DNA of 36,478 nucleotides from a virus: IMG/VR virus record IMGVR_UViG_3300045988_061221; one strand, 5' to 3'. Shown piece by piece: positions 1 to 7,398 of this stretch (position 1 is its first letter; each line of letters starts with the position of its first letter). The notes under the pieces were generated by a model. It saw only the letters and a program-made list of their open reading frames with translations, ran no database searches and was not told where the DNA came from. The position numbers and the translations under genes were made by a program.

Positions 1-55
1 GGCGGCTGTTTCGACTCCCTTGAGAAAGGGGGTGATTGCGTGGAATACATAGCTG
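1..55. repeat. Terminal direct repeat, left copy (55 nt, identical to 36424-36478)
   Basis: Exact match read by eye: GGCGGCTGTTTCGACTCCCTTGAGAAAGGGGGTGATTGCGTGGAATACATAGCTG. Confidence 0.95.
14..33 (+). promoter_or_regulatory. Stem-loop that buries the SD of the mini-ORF
   Basis: 8-bp stem ACTCCCTT/AAGGGGGT (one G-U) closed by a GAGA tetraloop. The 3' arm is the SD. Confidence 0.4.
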
Positions 56-102
56 TGATAGTAATTTTCACATTTTTTATTGTGTTCACCATAAAGAAAT
101 AA
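40..102 (+). CDS. Candidate 20-aa hydrophobic peptide MEYIAVIVIFTFFIVFTIKK (not in the ORF track, too short)
   Basis: GTG-40 lies 7 nt after AGAAAGGGGGTGAT (23-36), a 13/14 match to the SD consensus AGAAAGGAGGTGAT. The peptide has a hydrophobic core and a KK tail. TAA at 100-102. Confidence 0.45.
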   Translation: MEYIAVIVIFTFFIVFTIKK

Positions 103-130
103 CCGCCCTGTACTGCAATACAAGACGGTT
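91..130 (-). terminator. Minus-strand-specific intrinsic terminator
   Basis: 12-bp stem (130-119 / 112-101), 6-nt loop, then AUUUCUUUAU. Its two non-canonical pairs are G-U in the minus RNA but C-A mismatches in the plus RNA. Confidence 0.6.
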
Positions 131-183
131 ATAAAAAATAATTAGTTTTTGAATAGCGGAACAGCTAAAGCCGTTCCCTTACT
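92..183 (-). ncRNA. Candidate ~90-nt antisense small RNA
   Basis: Bounded by a near-consensus promoter (190-218) and the terminator at 91-130. It has an internal 8-bp hairpin GGAACGGC/GCUGUUCC and no SD-led ORF. Confidence 0.5.
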
Positions 184-189
184 ACCATT

Positions 190-218
190 ATAATACAACT
201 TATTTTGCATTATGTCAA
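190..218 (-). promoter_or_regulatory. Sigma-A-type promoter, TTGACA-17-TATTAT
   Basis: The -35 is the reverse complement of 213-218 and the -10 that of 190-195, with an exact 17-nt spacer. Confidence 0.6.
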
Positions 219-247
219 TAACAATATATTGAAAAAAGGTGTTACTT

Positions 248-880
248 ATGACAATCGGCGAACGCATTAAAAAATTGCGAGAAGAAAAAAATATAACTGT
301 TGATAAACTTGCCGAGCTGATAGGAAAGAACAGAGCTACAATATACAGATATGAAAGCAGCGAGATTGAAAAGTTACCAACAAGCGTATTAGAACCGCTT
401 TGTAAAGCTTTAGGAACTACTCCTGCATATATTATGGGTTGGGACGATAAAACACCGGAACAAGCAACCCCCCTTCCGCAAACAAATGTATTTATGCGAC
501 CGGTATATGACAGCATTTCGGCAGGGTTCGGAGTGATAGCTCAGGATGTGCCTGTTGACTATATGCCTACATACATCACTTGCCCCTCAGAACAGGATAA
601 ATATATATGGATAAATGTTCACGGCGATTCTATGAGCCCTCTGATTGATGACGGCAGTAAAATTCTTATTAAAAAGCAAACCTCCGTTGACAGCGGTCAG
701 ATTGCCGCAGTCCTCGTTGACGATGAAGAGGCTGTTGTTAAAAAGGTCCTTTACAACGATAACACCGTTGAACTTCATTCAGTCAACCCCTACTATCCCC
801 CACGAGTGTTCAAAAATAACGATGTCACCCGTGTTCAAATCCTCGGTCTTGTAAAAGAAGTCAGTAAATCGTTACAGTGA
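248..880 (+). CDS. CI/LexA-like phage repressor (XRE HTH + S24 peptidase)
   Basis: N-terminal HTH (NITVDKLAELIGKNRATIYRYE), Ala-Gly cleavage site (ISAGFG), catalytic Ser in GDSMSP and Lys in ILIKKQ. ATG-248 lies 6 nt after AAGGTG. The track start at 239 is an upstream in-frame GTG. Confidence 0.9.
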   Translation: MTIGERIKKLREEKNITVDKLAELIGKNRATIYRYESSEIEKLPTSVLEPLCKALGTTPAYIMGWDDKTPEQATPLPQTNVFMRPVYDSISAGFGVIAQDVPVDYMPTYITCPSEQDKYIWINVHGDSMSPLIDDGSKILIKKQTSVDSGQIAAVLVDDEEAVVKKVLYNDNTVELHSVNPYYPPRVFKNNDVTRVQILGLVKEVSKSLQ

Positions 881-922
881 GAAAAGCTGTTTTACTGTAA
901 CAGTTAAATTTGTAAAAATATA

Positions 923-951
923 TTGATTTTGTAAATTTGTCGGTGTATAAT
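923..951 (+). promoter_or_regulatory. Sigma-A-type promoter, TTGATT-17-TATAAT, upstream of Fic
   Basis: -35 at 923-928 and -10 at 946-951 with a 17-nt spacer. Flanked by T(T/C)GTAAA(A/T) repeats at 910, 929 and 961. Confidence 0.6.
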
Positions 952-958
952 TATATTC

Positions 959-989
959 AATTCGTAAAAACAGCCTATTTTTACGAATT
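959..989 (+). promoter_or_regulatory. Perfect 12-bp inverted repeat just downstream of the Fic promoter
   Basis: AATTCGTAAAAA-cagccta-TTTTTACGAATT. It could be an operator or a 5'-terminal mRNA stem-loop. Confidence 0.5.
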
Positions 990-1056
990 GCTTTTCTGAT
1001 ATATGCGTATAATTGTTAAATTACGGCATATAATACTTATTGGAGAGGTGATACAT

Positions 1057-2277
1057 TTGGGGTATAAATCTTTAGATAAGCTGTTTTATTCTGACAAAGA
1101 AAATTATGAAAAAATTTACAACGAAAGGTATAAAAGCGAATACGCAGTACACTTAGATTTTCTGATACACGATAACCCTGCTTTTTTTGTGATGATACCC
1201 GAATTTATTACGAAAATTCGTGACATTTATAAAACCGATAAGCAAATCAAAGCTTTAAGGGATTCATTACCCGAAAAAGCAATTGACCATTTCGCTATCA
1301 GATGTTTGGTTGATGAAATTGTAAAGACAAATGATATTGAAGGTGTTTACAGCTCAAGAAGAGAAATTAACAGTGTCTTGTCAGAACTGGAAACAAAGAG
1401 CCACGGGAAGCGTTTTATGGGGCTTGTGCAAAAATATCTTATGTTGCAAAAAAATGAAACTATGTCCTTTGACACCTGCGAAGATATCCGCAACCTGTAC
1501 AATGATTTAGTATATTTTGAAATCGAAGAAGATAACCCGTCTGATTTGCCTGACGGTAAAATCTTCAGAAAAGATTCAACAAGCGTCCTCAGTGCAACGC
1601 AAAAAGAACTTCACAGAGGAGTTAATCCCGAAGAAAAAATTATAGAGTGTATGAATAAAGCGTTGGCAATACTTAATGACAAAAGCATTGAGTGTGTTTT
1701 CAGAATATCAATTTTTCATTACCTCTTTGGTTACATTCATCCTTTCTATGACGGCAACGGAAGGACATCCCGTTTCATCAGCAGTTACTTGTTGTCAAAA
1801 GAATTTGAATCAATTATCGGTTACAGAATGTCTTATTCTATTAAAGAGAACATAAACGATTACTACAAGGCATTCAAGGTGTGTAATGACCCGAAAAACA
1901 AGGGAGATTTAACTCCTTTTATAATTATGTTTACCGATATTATTGATGATTCGTTGCACAAGTTGGTGTACGCTTTGGAGAAAAGATTAGAGCAACTGAC
2001 ACATTACGGAAAGTGCATTATCTTTCTGCCTAAAGGCGCCGACGAAAAATATAGTAATCTGTATTTTTTGCTTATTCAGGCAAGTTTGTTTTCCGAAAGC
2101 GGAATAAGCACAAAGGAACTAATGGATATTATGAAATTAAGCAGAAGTACAGTTACAAACAGGTTAAACACCCTGTCCGATTACGGTTTAATAATCAAAA
2201 AAACTTTAGGCAATATCCGTTGCTACAGTCTCGACATAGATAAAATAGATACAATAATGGAAGAGATAAATAAATAA
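1057..2277 (+). CDS. Fic-family AMPylase with auto-inhibitory helix and C-terminal winged-helix-like domain
   Basis: HPFYDGNGRTSR matches the Fic motif HxFx(D/E)GNGRxxR. TNDIEG fits the [ST]xxxE[GN] inhibitory motif. The likely start is TTG-1057, with GGAGAGG at 1042-1048. The ORF is open from ATG-1003. Confidence 0.9.
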   Translation: MGYKSLDKLFYSDKENYEKIYNERYKSEYAVHLDFLIHDNPAFFVMIPEFITKIRDIYKTDKQIKALRDSLPEKAIDHFAIRCLVDEIVKTNDIEGVYSSRREINSVLSELETKSHGKRFMGLVQKYLMLQKNETMSFDTCEDIRNLYNDLVYFEIEEDNPSDLPDGKIFRKDSTSVLSATQKELHRGVNPEEKIIECMNKALAILNDKSIECVFRISIFHYLFGYIHPFYDGNGRTSRFISSYLLSKEFESIIGYRMSYSIKENINDYYKAFKVCNDPKNKGDLTPFIIMFTDIIDDSLHKLVYALEKRLEQLTHYGKCIIFLPKGADEKYSNLYFLLIQASLFSESGISTKELMDIMKLSRSTVTNRLNTLSDYGLIIKKTLGNIRCYSLDIDKIDTIMEEINK

Positions 2278-2315
2278 AAAAAACCGCCCTGACCTGTTGG
2301 CGCAAGTCAGAGCGG
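2274..2315 (-). terminator. Minus-strand-specific intrinsic terminator overlapping the Fic stop codon
   Basis: 10-bp stem (2315-2306 / 2293-2284) followed by a U10 tract (reverse complement of 2274-2283). The odd pair is G-U in the minus RNA and C-A in the plus RNA. Confidence 0.6.
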
Positions 2316-2354
2316 AAACCACCTACACAGGGTGCAGATGATGCAGTTTAATGC
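2276..2354 (-). ncRNA. Candidate ~80-nt small RNA convergent with Fic
   Basis: Bounded by the promoter at 2361-2389 and the terminator at 2274-2315. No ORF with an SD. Confidence 0.45.
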
Positions 2355-2360
2355 AAGATA

Positions 2361-2389
2361 ATTGTATCACAATCCCTTGTGTTTTTCAA
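2361..2389 (-). promoter_or_regulatory. Sigma-A-type promoter, TTGAAA-17-TGaTACAAT (extended -10)
   Basis: The -35 is the reverse complement of 2384-2389 and the -10 that of 2361-2366, with a 17-nt spacer. Confidence 0.55.
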
Positions 2390-2411
2390 GTAATTTAAAG
2401 CACAAGGGATT
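2371..2411. promoter_or_regulatory. 11-bp perfect inverted repeat upstream of int
   Basis: AATCCCTTGTG (2371-2381) and CACAAGGGATT (2401-2411), 19 nt apart. It overlaps the minus-strand promoter. Confidence 0.45.
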
Positions 2412-2446
2412 TTTGCACCCTTTTTTAAGCAAAAGGAGTGTATAAA

Positions 2447-3484
2447 ATGAAACTGCCTAACGGCTACGGCTCTGTTTATAAGCTGAGCGGAAACAGGCGC
2501 AATCCGTGGGTTGCCTGCGTGACAATAGGATACAACAAAGAAACACGCAATCAGGAACGCAGAGTTATAGGCTACTTTCCAAACAAGCCTAAAGCCCTGA
2601 ACGCTCTTGCTGATTACAATCAAAACCCGTTTGATGTTGATTCGGCAAGACGCACTTTTTCAGAAATTTATGAACTTTGGTACAAGGAGTTCATCACTGA
2701 AAACACAAATCCGAACACCAAAAGACAGTATAATGCGGCATACAAACAATGCTCAATGTTATACAATCGCAAGATGTCCGATATAAAAATCATTGACATG
2801 CAACGAGTTCTCGATAACTGCCACAACGGTTATCAATCGGTTAGGCGAATTAAAATTCTGTTGAACAAAATCTACGAATACTGCATATTTCACGATATGC
2901 TCCATAACAATCTTGCAGAAAAATTGAAAATCAATGCCAAGTCAGATGAAACAAAACGAGCACGCAGGGAGTTTTCGGAAAGCGAAATAAATCTTTTGTG
3001 GGAATATTCAAATCTTGATTCGGTAAAAATAGTGCTTATGCTGATTTATTCGGGAGTGCGTGTGTCCGAATTGCTCGACCTAAAAATTTCAAATGTAAAC
3101 CTTGACGAACAGACTTTCTTTGTTGAAAGTTCAAAGACCGATTCAGGTGTACGAACCGTGCCTATAGCAGACAAAGTACTGCCGTTTTGGCAGAAATTCA
3201 TCAGCGATTCTCAATGTGGATATGTTCTGAATAATACCAATGGCAAGCCGCTGAAATACGATAACTTTAAACGCAACTACTGGACACCTCTGCAAAACGA
3301 TTTAGGTTTAGACCACACCATACACGAAACAAGACACACCTGCATTTCAATGCTTGTATCGGCAAATGTGAACCATACAATCATCAAAAAAATAGTTGGT
3401 CACAAGTCGAAAATGGACTTGACCGAAAAGGTTTACACCCACATTAACCCAAAAGAATTAGTGAATGCAATCAACAAAATATAG
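2447..3484 (+). CDS. int: Tyrosine integrase (phage integrase family, arm-binding N-terminal domain)
   Basis: Catalytic signature: GVRVSE..., HETRHTCISMLV, GHKS..., VYTH. The N-terminus GSVYKLSGNRRNPW is typical of arm-type DNA-binding domains. ATG-2447 follows AAGGAG. Confidence 0.95.
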   Translation: MKLPNGYGSVYKLSGNRRNPWVACVTIGYNKETRNQERRVIGYFPNKPKALNALADYNQNPFDVDSARRTFSEIYELWYKEFITENTNPNTKRQYNAAYKQCSMLYNRKMSDIKIIDMQRVLDNCHNGYQSVRRIKILLNKIYEYCIFHDMLHNNLAEKLKINAKSDETKRARREFSESEINLLWEYSNLDSVKIVLMLIYSGVRVSELLDLKISNVNLDEQTFFVESSKTDSGVRTVPIADKVLPFWQKFISDSQCGYVLNNTNGKPLKYDNFKRNYWTPLQNDLGLDHTIHETRHTCISMLVSANVNHTIIKKIVGHKSKMDLTEKVYTHINPKELVNAINKI

Positions 3485-3519
3485 TCTTATATTATCCTGA
3501 ATTGTTCATAATTATGTTC

Positions 3520-3544
3520 CGTAGCTTACATATAGCTAACAAAA
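3520..3544 (+). repeat. attP arm-type repeat block 1 (AGCT(T/A)ACA x2)
   Basis: CGTAGCTTACATATAGCTAACAAAA, related to the block at 3673-3708. Confidence 0.5.
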
Positions 3545-3600
3545 TCCCCCATTTTCCCCATTCCTATCCCCCTTGCAAGTTACCTGCACCATAGCTTTTT

Positions 3601-3635
3601 ACCCCAGTAAATACGATATTTACTGGGGTTTTGCT
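3601..3635 (+). terminator. Intrinsic terminator downstream of int
   Basis: Perfect 13-bp stem ACCCCAGTAAATA-cga-TATTTACTGGGGT followed by TTTTGC. Confidence 0.7.
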
Positions 3636-3672
3636 ATACTTAAATCACTCTAAAACACGGAAAAATACATAT

Positions 3673-3708
3673 CGTAGCTAACACACAGCTAACAAGTAGC
3701 TAACAAAT
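3673..3708 (+). repeat. attP arm-type repeat block 2 (AGCTAACA x3)
   Basis: CGTAGCTAACACACAGCTAACAAGTAGCTAACAAATC. Confidence 0.5.
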
Positions 3709-3724
3709 CTACAAATAACAAATT

Positions 3725-3766
3725 CCCCTCACTCGCTTTTTTACGGCGGATGAGGGGGATTTTTTG
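3725..3766. terminator. Bidirectional terminator between the convergent int and endolysin genes
   Basis: Stem CCCCTCACTCGC/GCGGATGAGGGG (two mismatches), with T-runs on both sides. Confidence 0.55.
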
Positions 3767-3812
3767 CAATTATGTGTTTGTCAAGACATTAAAAATGTCC
3801 TTTAGGTTTTAA

Positions 3813-4652
3813 TTAGCCAAGTGCTTTTTTTGCATTTGCGATTTTTTTATCTTTAGCCCAATTGCAATCATTGATAAGATGATAGATAGCATTGATTGTC
3901 TTCTCACCTACAATGCCATCAACTGTGACCTTACCTGCTCTCTGTGCTTCTTTTACAGCTTTCAGTGTACCGTCACCGAAACCGTTTGAGTTATCGACTT
4001 TTGTTTTGATGATTTTCATGTTATAAAGCGTAATTAACTGCTTTTTAAACGCGAGTGTAGCCGTATTGTGTGAGCCGTATTTAATCATTTCCTCATTCTC
4101 CTTATTTGATGTTTTACCGCCGAGCTGTGCAGTTACTTCGTCTGCAAGATTGCCAAGCCTGTTATAAAGCCAGTCACCTGGGCAAGATTTATTCGCAAAC
4201 CACCTGTGTACAGTCAAGACCATTTCGCCTGATTTTGGCGAATAGTTTAAAGTCTTGTCCTGATTGCCAAACCAAAGCAGTTTAGTCTTGCCGTTACGCT
4301 TGCAAATGTCAACGCAGAGTGCAACGAGTTTGTTATACACCTTACTGTTCATGGTGTACGGAGCTACCGTGTCGCTTGCACATTCGATTGTGACTGCCCT
4401 CTGGTCATTTGCGTTTGATGAACTACACCAAGAGCGATTGCTCTCATCGACACAGAGCAACACTCTGCCGTCATAGCCGATTCCGTAGTTACAGCTTGCC
4501 TCACGAGCTGTGTCCTGAAAAATGTTTCCGAGTGTTTCGACACTGCACTGACCGACTACACAATGCGGAGTAATGCGGTCAATACTGTGTGTGCGTTTAC
4601 CGCTGTGGTTTGGGCTTAATTTTGTGTAATTAACAAGTTTTGAATTACTCAT
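3813..4652 (-). CDS. Endolysin: N-acetylmuramoyl-L-alanine amidase (Amidase_2/PGRP type) + C-terminal peptidoglycan-binding domain
   Basis: Amidase_2-like blocks: ITPHCVVG, ASCNYGIGYDG, AVTIECA, VHRWF..KSCPG. The C-terminus GDGTLKAVKEAQRAGKVTVDGIVGEKT resembles PG_binding_1. Confidence 0.85.
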   Translation of the reverse strand: MSNSKLVNYTKLSPNHSGKRTHSIDRITPHCVVGQCSVETLGNIFQDTAREASCNYGIGYDGRVLLCVDESNRSWCSSSNANDQRAVTIECASDTVAPYTMNSKVYNKLVALCVDICKRNGKTKLLWFGNQDKTLNYSPKSGEMVLTVHRWFANKSCPGDWLYNRLGNLADEVTAQLGGKTSNKENEEMIKYGSHNTATLAFKKQLITLYNMKIIKTKVDNSNGFGDGTLKAVKEAQRAGKVTVDGIVGEKTINAIYHLINDCNWAKDKKIANAKKALG

Positions 4653-4654
4653 AA

Positions 4655-4870
4655 TTATTCCTCGCTTTCGTCTGTTTTGTTATATTTATAAGCTGACAAG
4701 CCGAGCAGAGCGCCTAAGAAGGTGTCAACGGCTGTGATAGTGCCTACAATCTGTTCGCCGTATGGCAAGCCCCAAATGCCTGCTACGGCAAAGTAAAGTG
4801 TACCGATTGCAGGCAGTACGATAAGAGCAATGTATTTAAGTACATCATAGATTTTGTTTGTCATTTTCAT
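4655..4870 (-). CDS. Holin (Dp-1-like small holin)
   Basis: 71 aa with two TM segments (YIALIVLPAIGTLYFAVAGIW, VGTITAVDTFLGALLGL) and an acidic tail, directly upstream of the endolysin. The ATG at 4870 lies 8 nt after AAAGGA. Confidence 0.7.
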   Translation of the reverse strand: MKMTNKIYDVLKYIALIVLPAIGTLYFAVAGIWGLPYGEQIVGTITAVDTFLGALLGLSAYKYNKTDESEE

Positions 4871-4883
4871 TATTATCATCCTT

Positions 4884-5159
4884 TCAATTTAAATCTTCCG
4901 CCGAATGTGCCGACTGGTTGAGGTACTTATCAATCTTATTGATAGCCTCGGTAACTCTGCCGTTACAACCCTGCTGTTTCAGACCATCAAGACACGCACG
5001 GAGTGCATACATTGTCAAGGTCTGCTCACCTTTGATTTTTTTGATTTCAGCGTTCTGCTTTTTGTTGTTTTCGATAAATTTAAAAACACCAAATACAACA
5101 CCGCCAATTAAAGCTAACGCAGATATGATTTCTGCAAGCTGTACAATATCAATCTTCAT
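4884..5159 (-). CDS. Small N-terminally membrane-anchored protein (BhlA/UviB-like architecture; possible lysis accessory)
   Basis: One TM segment (IISALALIGGVVFGVFKFI) followed by a charged helical region. Located in the lysis cassette. Confidence 0.45.
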   Translation of the reverse strand: MKIDIVQLAEIISALALIGGVVFGVFKFIENNKKQNAEIKKIKGEQTLTMYALRACLDGLKQQGCNGRVTEAINKIDKYLNQSAHSAEDLN

Positions 5160-5162
5160 CGC

Positions 5163-5411
5163 TTACATCTCACTTTCGACAGGCTCGTCAACGGTTGGAT
5201 TGTCGCCCCAAACTGCCATGACGGCATTGTAATATTCATCAGACAGCACCGTTTTGAGCTGTTCTCTGCCCGATTTGCTGTTCATGTATGCGTTGCGGAT
5301 GTTTCCGCCAACCTGCATTTCTTCACCGTTGAAGGTCAAAAACTGCTGTCTGAGTACCGAAACGCTGTCCTTTGTGAGCATATCAAGTGTGATTTTTTCT
5401 TTAAGTTCCAT
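5163..5411 (-). CDS. Hypothetical protein (82 aa)
   Basis: Tightly packed ORF between the tail fibre and lysis genes. No motif recognised. Confidence 0.45.
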   Translation of the reverse strand: MELKEKITLDMLTKDSVSVLRQQFLTFNGEEMQVGGNIRNAYMNSKSGREQLKTVLSDEYYNAVMAVWGDNPTVDEPVESEM

Positions 5412-5425
5412 TTTTCATACCTCCG

Positions 5426-6193
5426 TTATTTAATTTTGTACAAGCAAATCACATTAATTTGCTCGCCGTCTGCAAATGTGTAAGCCGTCTTATCCTGAGT
5501 CGAAAACTGTAGCCAAGTGTTATTTTTCGGAATGGCAAATTTAAAGAGCTTGCCAAGGTTTGAAATACCGACACAAAAAACATTGTCCTCGGAAATACAT
5601 TTGTACGGCAAATCAATCAGCGGACACATGCTATTGCCGCCAAGAGATACTGCGTTCATTTTGACCGTTGCACTGACGATTACGATGTCACCAATCGTCT
5701 TATATGTACAGTTTGCACTTTTGATTTTATCGGTGACGGTTGAATACGGTGTGAGTGTTGATGTACCACTTTCAATATTTGACGAATCGTATTTAGTCGC
5801 CAAGGCGGTTTTATCTGCTTTCACAAGCAGAGCATTGTAAACCGTACCGCTTGTGAGGTAACACGGGCTGTTATTTTTTGGTTCGCTGTCGAACGGCATT
5901 GAATTGAGCTTTTGGGCAAGTTTTTGGTCTGTTCTTTCCTTCGTATATGCGTCCGTAATTCCGTACCCTGCAAGCGTTGTCGATTTATTGGCTTTACTTG
6001 CAAGATTTGCGTCGGTCGTATCAAACCTTGCTCCAAGCGAATTTTGACCGCCTCTTGCTGTGGCTATTTCGGTTTCAAGTGCAATTGCTCCGTCCGTTGC
6101 CCGTTCAATCCCCTCGTCCATATGGTTGAGGTTGTCGGCATTGAGGGGCGGAGCAGAGCCGTTCACAAAGACAATTTTATTGTATTTGTTCAT
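5426..6193 (-). CDS. Tail fibre / receptor-binding protein
   Basis: The N-terminus NGSAPPLNADNLNHMDEGI is a common tail-fibre opening. It is the last structural gene before lysis. Confidence 0.6.
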   Translation of the reverse strand: MNKYNKIVFVNGSAPPLNADNLNHMDEGIERATDGAIALETEIATARGGQNSLGARFDTTDANLASKANKSTTLAGYGITDAYTKERTDQKLAQKLNSMPFDSEPKNNSPCYLTSGTVYNALLVKADKTALATKYDSSNIESGTSTLTPYSTVTDKIKSANCTYKTIGDIVIVSATVKMNAVSLGGNSMCPLIDLPYKCISEDNVFCVGISNLGKLFKFAIPKNNTWLQFSTQDKTAYTFADGEQINVICLYKIK

Positions 6194-7382
6194 TTTCTTT
6201 TACTTCCTTTCCTAATCGTTTTTCGCCCTTTGACGTGAGGGCAGTTATAAATCCGTCCATTTTCTTATTGAACACAAATGTTTCGATTGTCGGCAAATCT
6301 TCAAACGGAGTTTTAATTGTGTACTTATCGCCTGCCTCAAGCCACCAATACGAAAACAGCTTAATTTTTGTCGGGCGGTATTTATATACATCACCAAAAA
6401 AATTAACAGAATTATATTTTGTGCCAATATCACTTGCTGTTGTTCTGCACCTCATCAAAATGTTATCGGAAACATACCACGAAAAATCGTTACTGTTGCC
6501 ATACAAAAACGCTTTTTTATCAGCAAACTTAGCACTGTACATACGGATAGGCTCAAGTTCGTAATCTTCAAAGGATAAATCTTTGTACGAATCGATTGTT
6601 TCAACGGAAGATTGAGAATACAACCTTTTAAAACGCATTTTTCCGTCGGCATCTATAACGGCAAAGCTCAAAGTTAATTCTGCATAAGCTTGGATTAAAT
6701 CTGACAAGGTAATGTCCTTTATAACCTTTTCCACGCAGGTATCATCAAATTTCAGCGGTACACTAAAGACAGATAAGCTCGGCGGTGAAACCCCTGTAAT
6801 TGCATAATCTTTGGCAAATTCTGCGATTATTGAATAAAAGCTCTTAAAATTATCGTCTTTTTGATAGTGCGCATAACCATAAGCAAAGCTGCCGTCCTCG
6901 TTCTCTTTGCCTGCAAACCACAAAGACATATCCACCTTTGACATATCATAAAAAGCGTCATAGGCTGTGATTTTGACGATGTTACGCTGTTTTTTATCTC
7001 TTTGAGCCGACTGAATTTTTCCGTAGAAAACAGGACATTCAACCGTTCCTGTTTCGGCAGGACAAATAAGAGCATTTGACGGGTACAAATCATCTGACGG
7101 ATACAGCTCCGATTCAAGATATGTTGCCATTATGATGACCTGTACCGTCTTTCCTATCAAAGCCGAGCAATCATAATCAATGAGTTTCACGCTCATTTCA
7201 GAGGCTATGCAACCGCCGAATTTCAATTCTTTTTCAACAATTTCATTTTCAAGCGAAAAGCTGTCAAGCACGATACTTTCACCTGTTATATCCTCAAAAC
7301 TGCCGTCGGGGGAATGCAGGGCAACGGTGTTGTAAAGTGTGTTTGTTTTCAGCTTATCAGCAATTTCTTTAGATACAAGCAT
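6177..7382 (-). CDS. Tail tip / baseplate protein (Tal-position)
   Basis: Second gene after the tape measure. The SD AAGGGGTGA lies 9 nt before ATG-7382. Confidence 0.5.
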   Translation of the reverse strand: MLVSKEIADKLKTNTLYNTVALHSPDGSFEDITGESIVLDSFSLENEIVEKELKFGGCIASEMSVKLIDYDCSALIGKTVQVIIMATYLESELYPSDDLYPSNALICPAETGTVECPVFYGKIQSAQRDKKQRNIVKITAYDAFYDMSKVDMSLWFAGKENEDGSFAYGYAHYQKDDNFKSFYSIIAEFAKDYAITGVSPPSLSVFSVPLKFDDTCVEKVIKDITLSDLIQAYAELTLSFAVIDADGKMRFKRLYSQSSVETIDSYKDLSFEDYELEPIRMYSAKFADKKAFLYGNSNDFSWYVSDNILMRCRTTASDIGTKYNSVNFFGDVYKYRPTKIKLFSYWWLEAGDKYTIKTPFEDLPTIETFVFNKKMDGFITALTSKGEKRLGKEVKENEQIQ

Positions 7383-7398
7383 TTTTAAGAATCACCCC

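Noticed and set aside
1-55. Terminal repeats as attL/attR or a biological DTR
   Set aside because: No host flanking sequence is present, and the integrase-proximal attP-like region lies elsewhere (3485-3812). A k-mer-sized exact overlap is the expected artefact of assembling a circular molecule. This cannot be excluded without reads.
189-194. Plus-strand TATAAT as a dedicated cI promoter
   Set aside because: There is no acceptable -35 at 16-18 nt (TAAAGC). The same bases serve as the -10 of the much better minus-strand promoter. It may still be a weak or activated promoter.
142-516. 124-aa minus-strand ORF
   Set aside because: It is antisense to the well-supported CI-like repressor gene, has no SD, and has shadow-ORF composition. 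The minus-strand signal in this area is better explained by the short RNA at 92-183.
2348-2623. 91-aa minus-strand ORF
   Set aside because: It is antisense to the integrase N-terminus and has no SD. The minus-strand promoter here fires away from most of it.
3601-3629. Hairpin in the attP region considered as part of a tRNA
   Set aside because: It is a single perfect 13-bp stem with a 3-nt loop and a T-run. There is no cloverleaf and no T-loop or D-loop motifs. No tRNA was recognised anywhere in the window.
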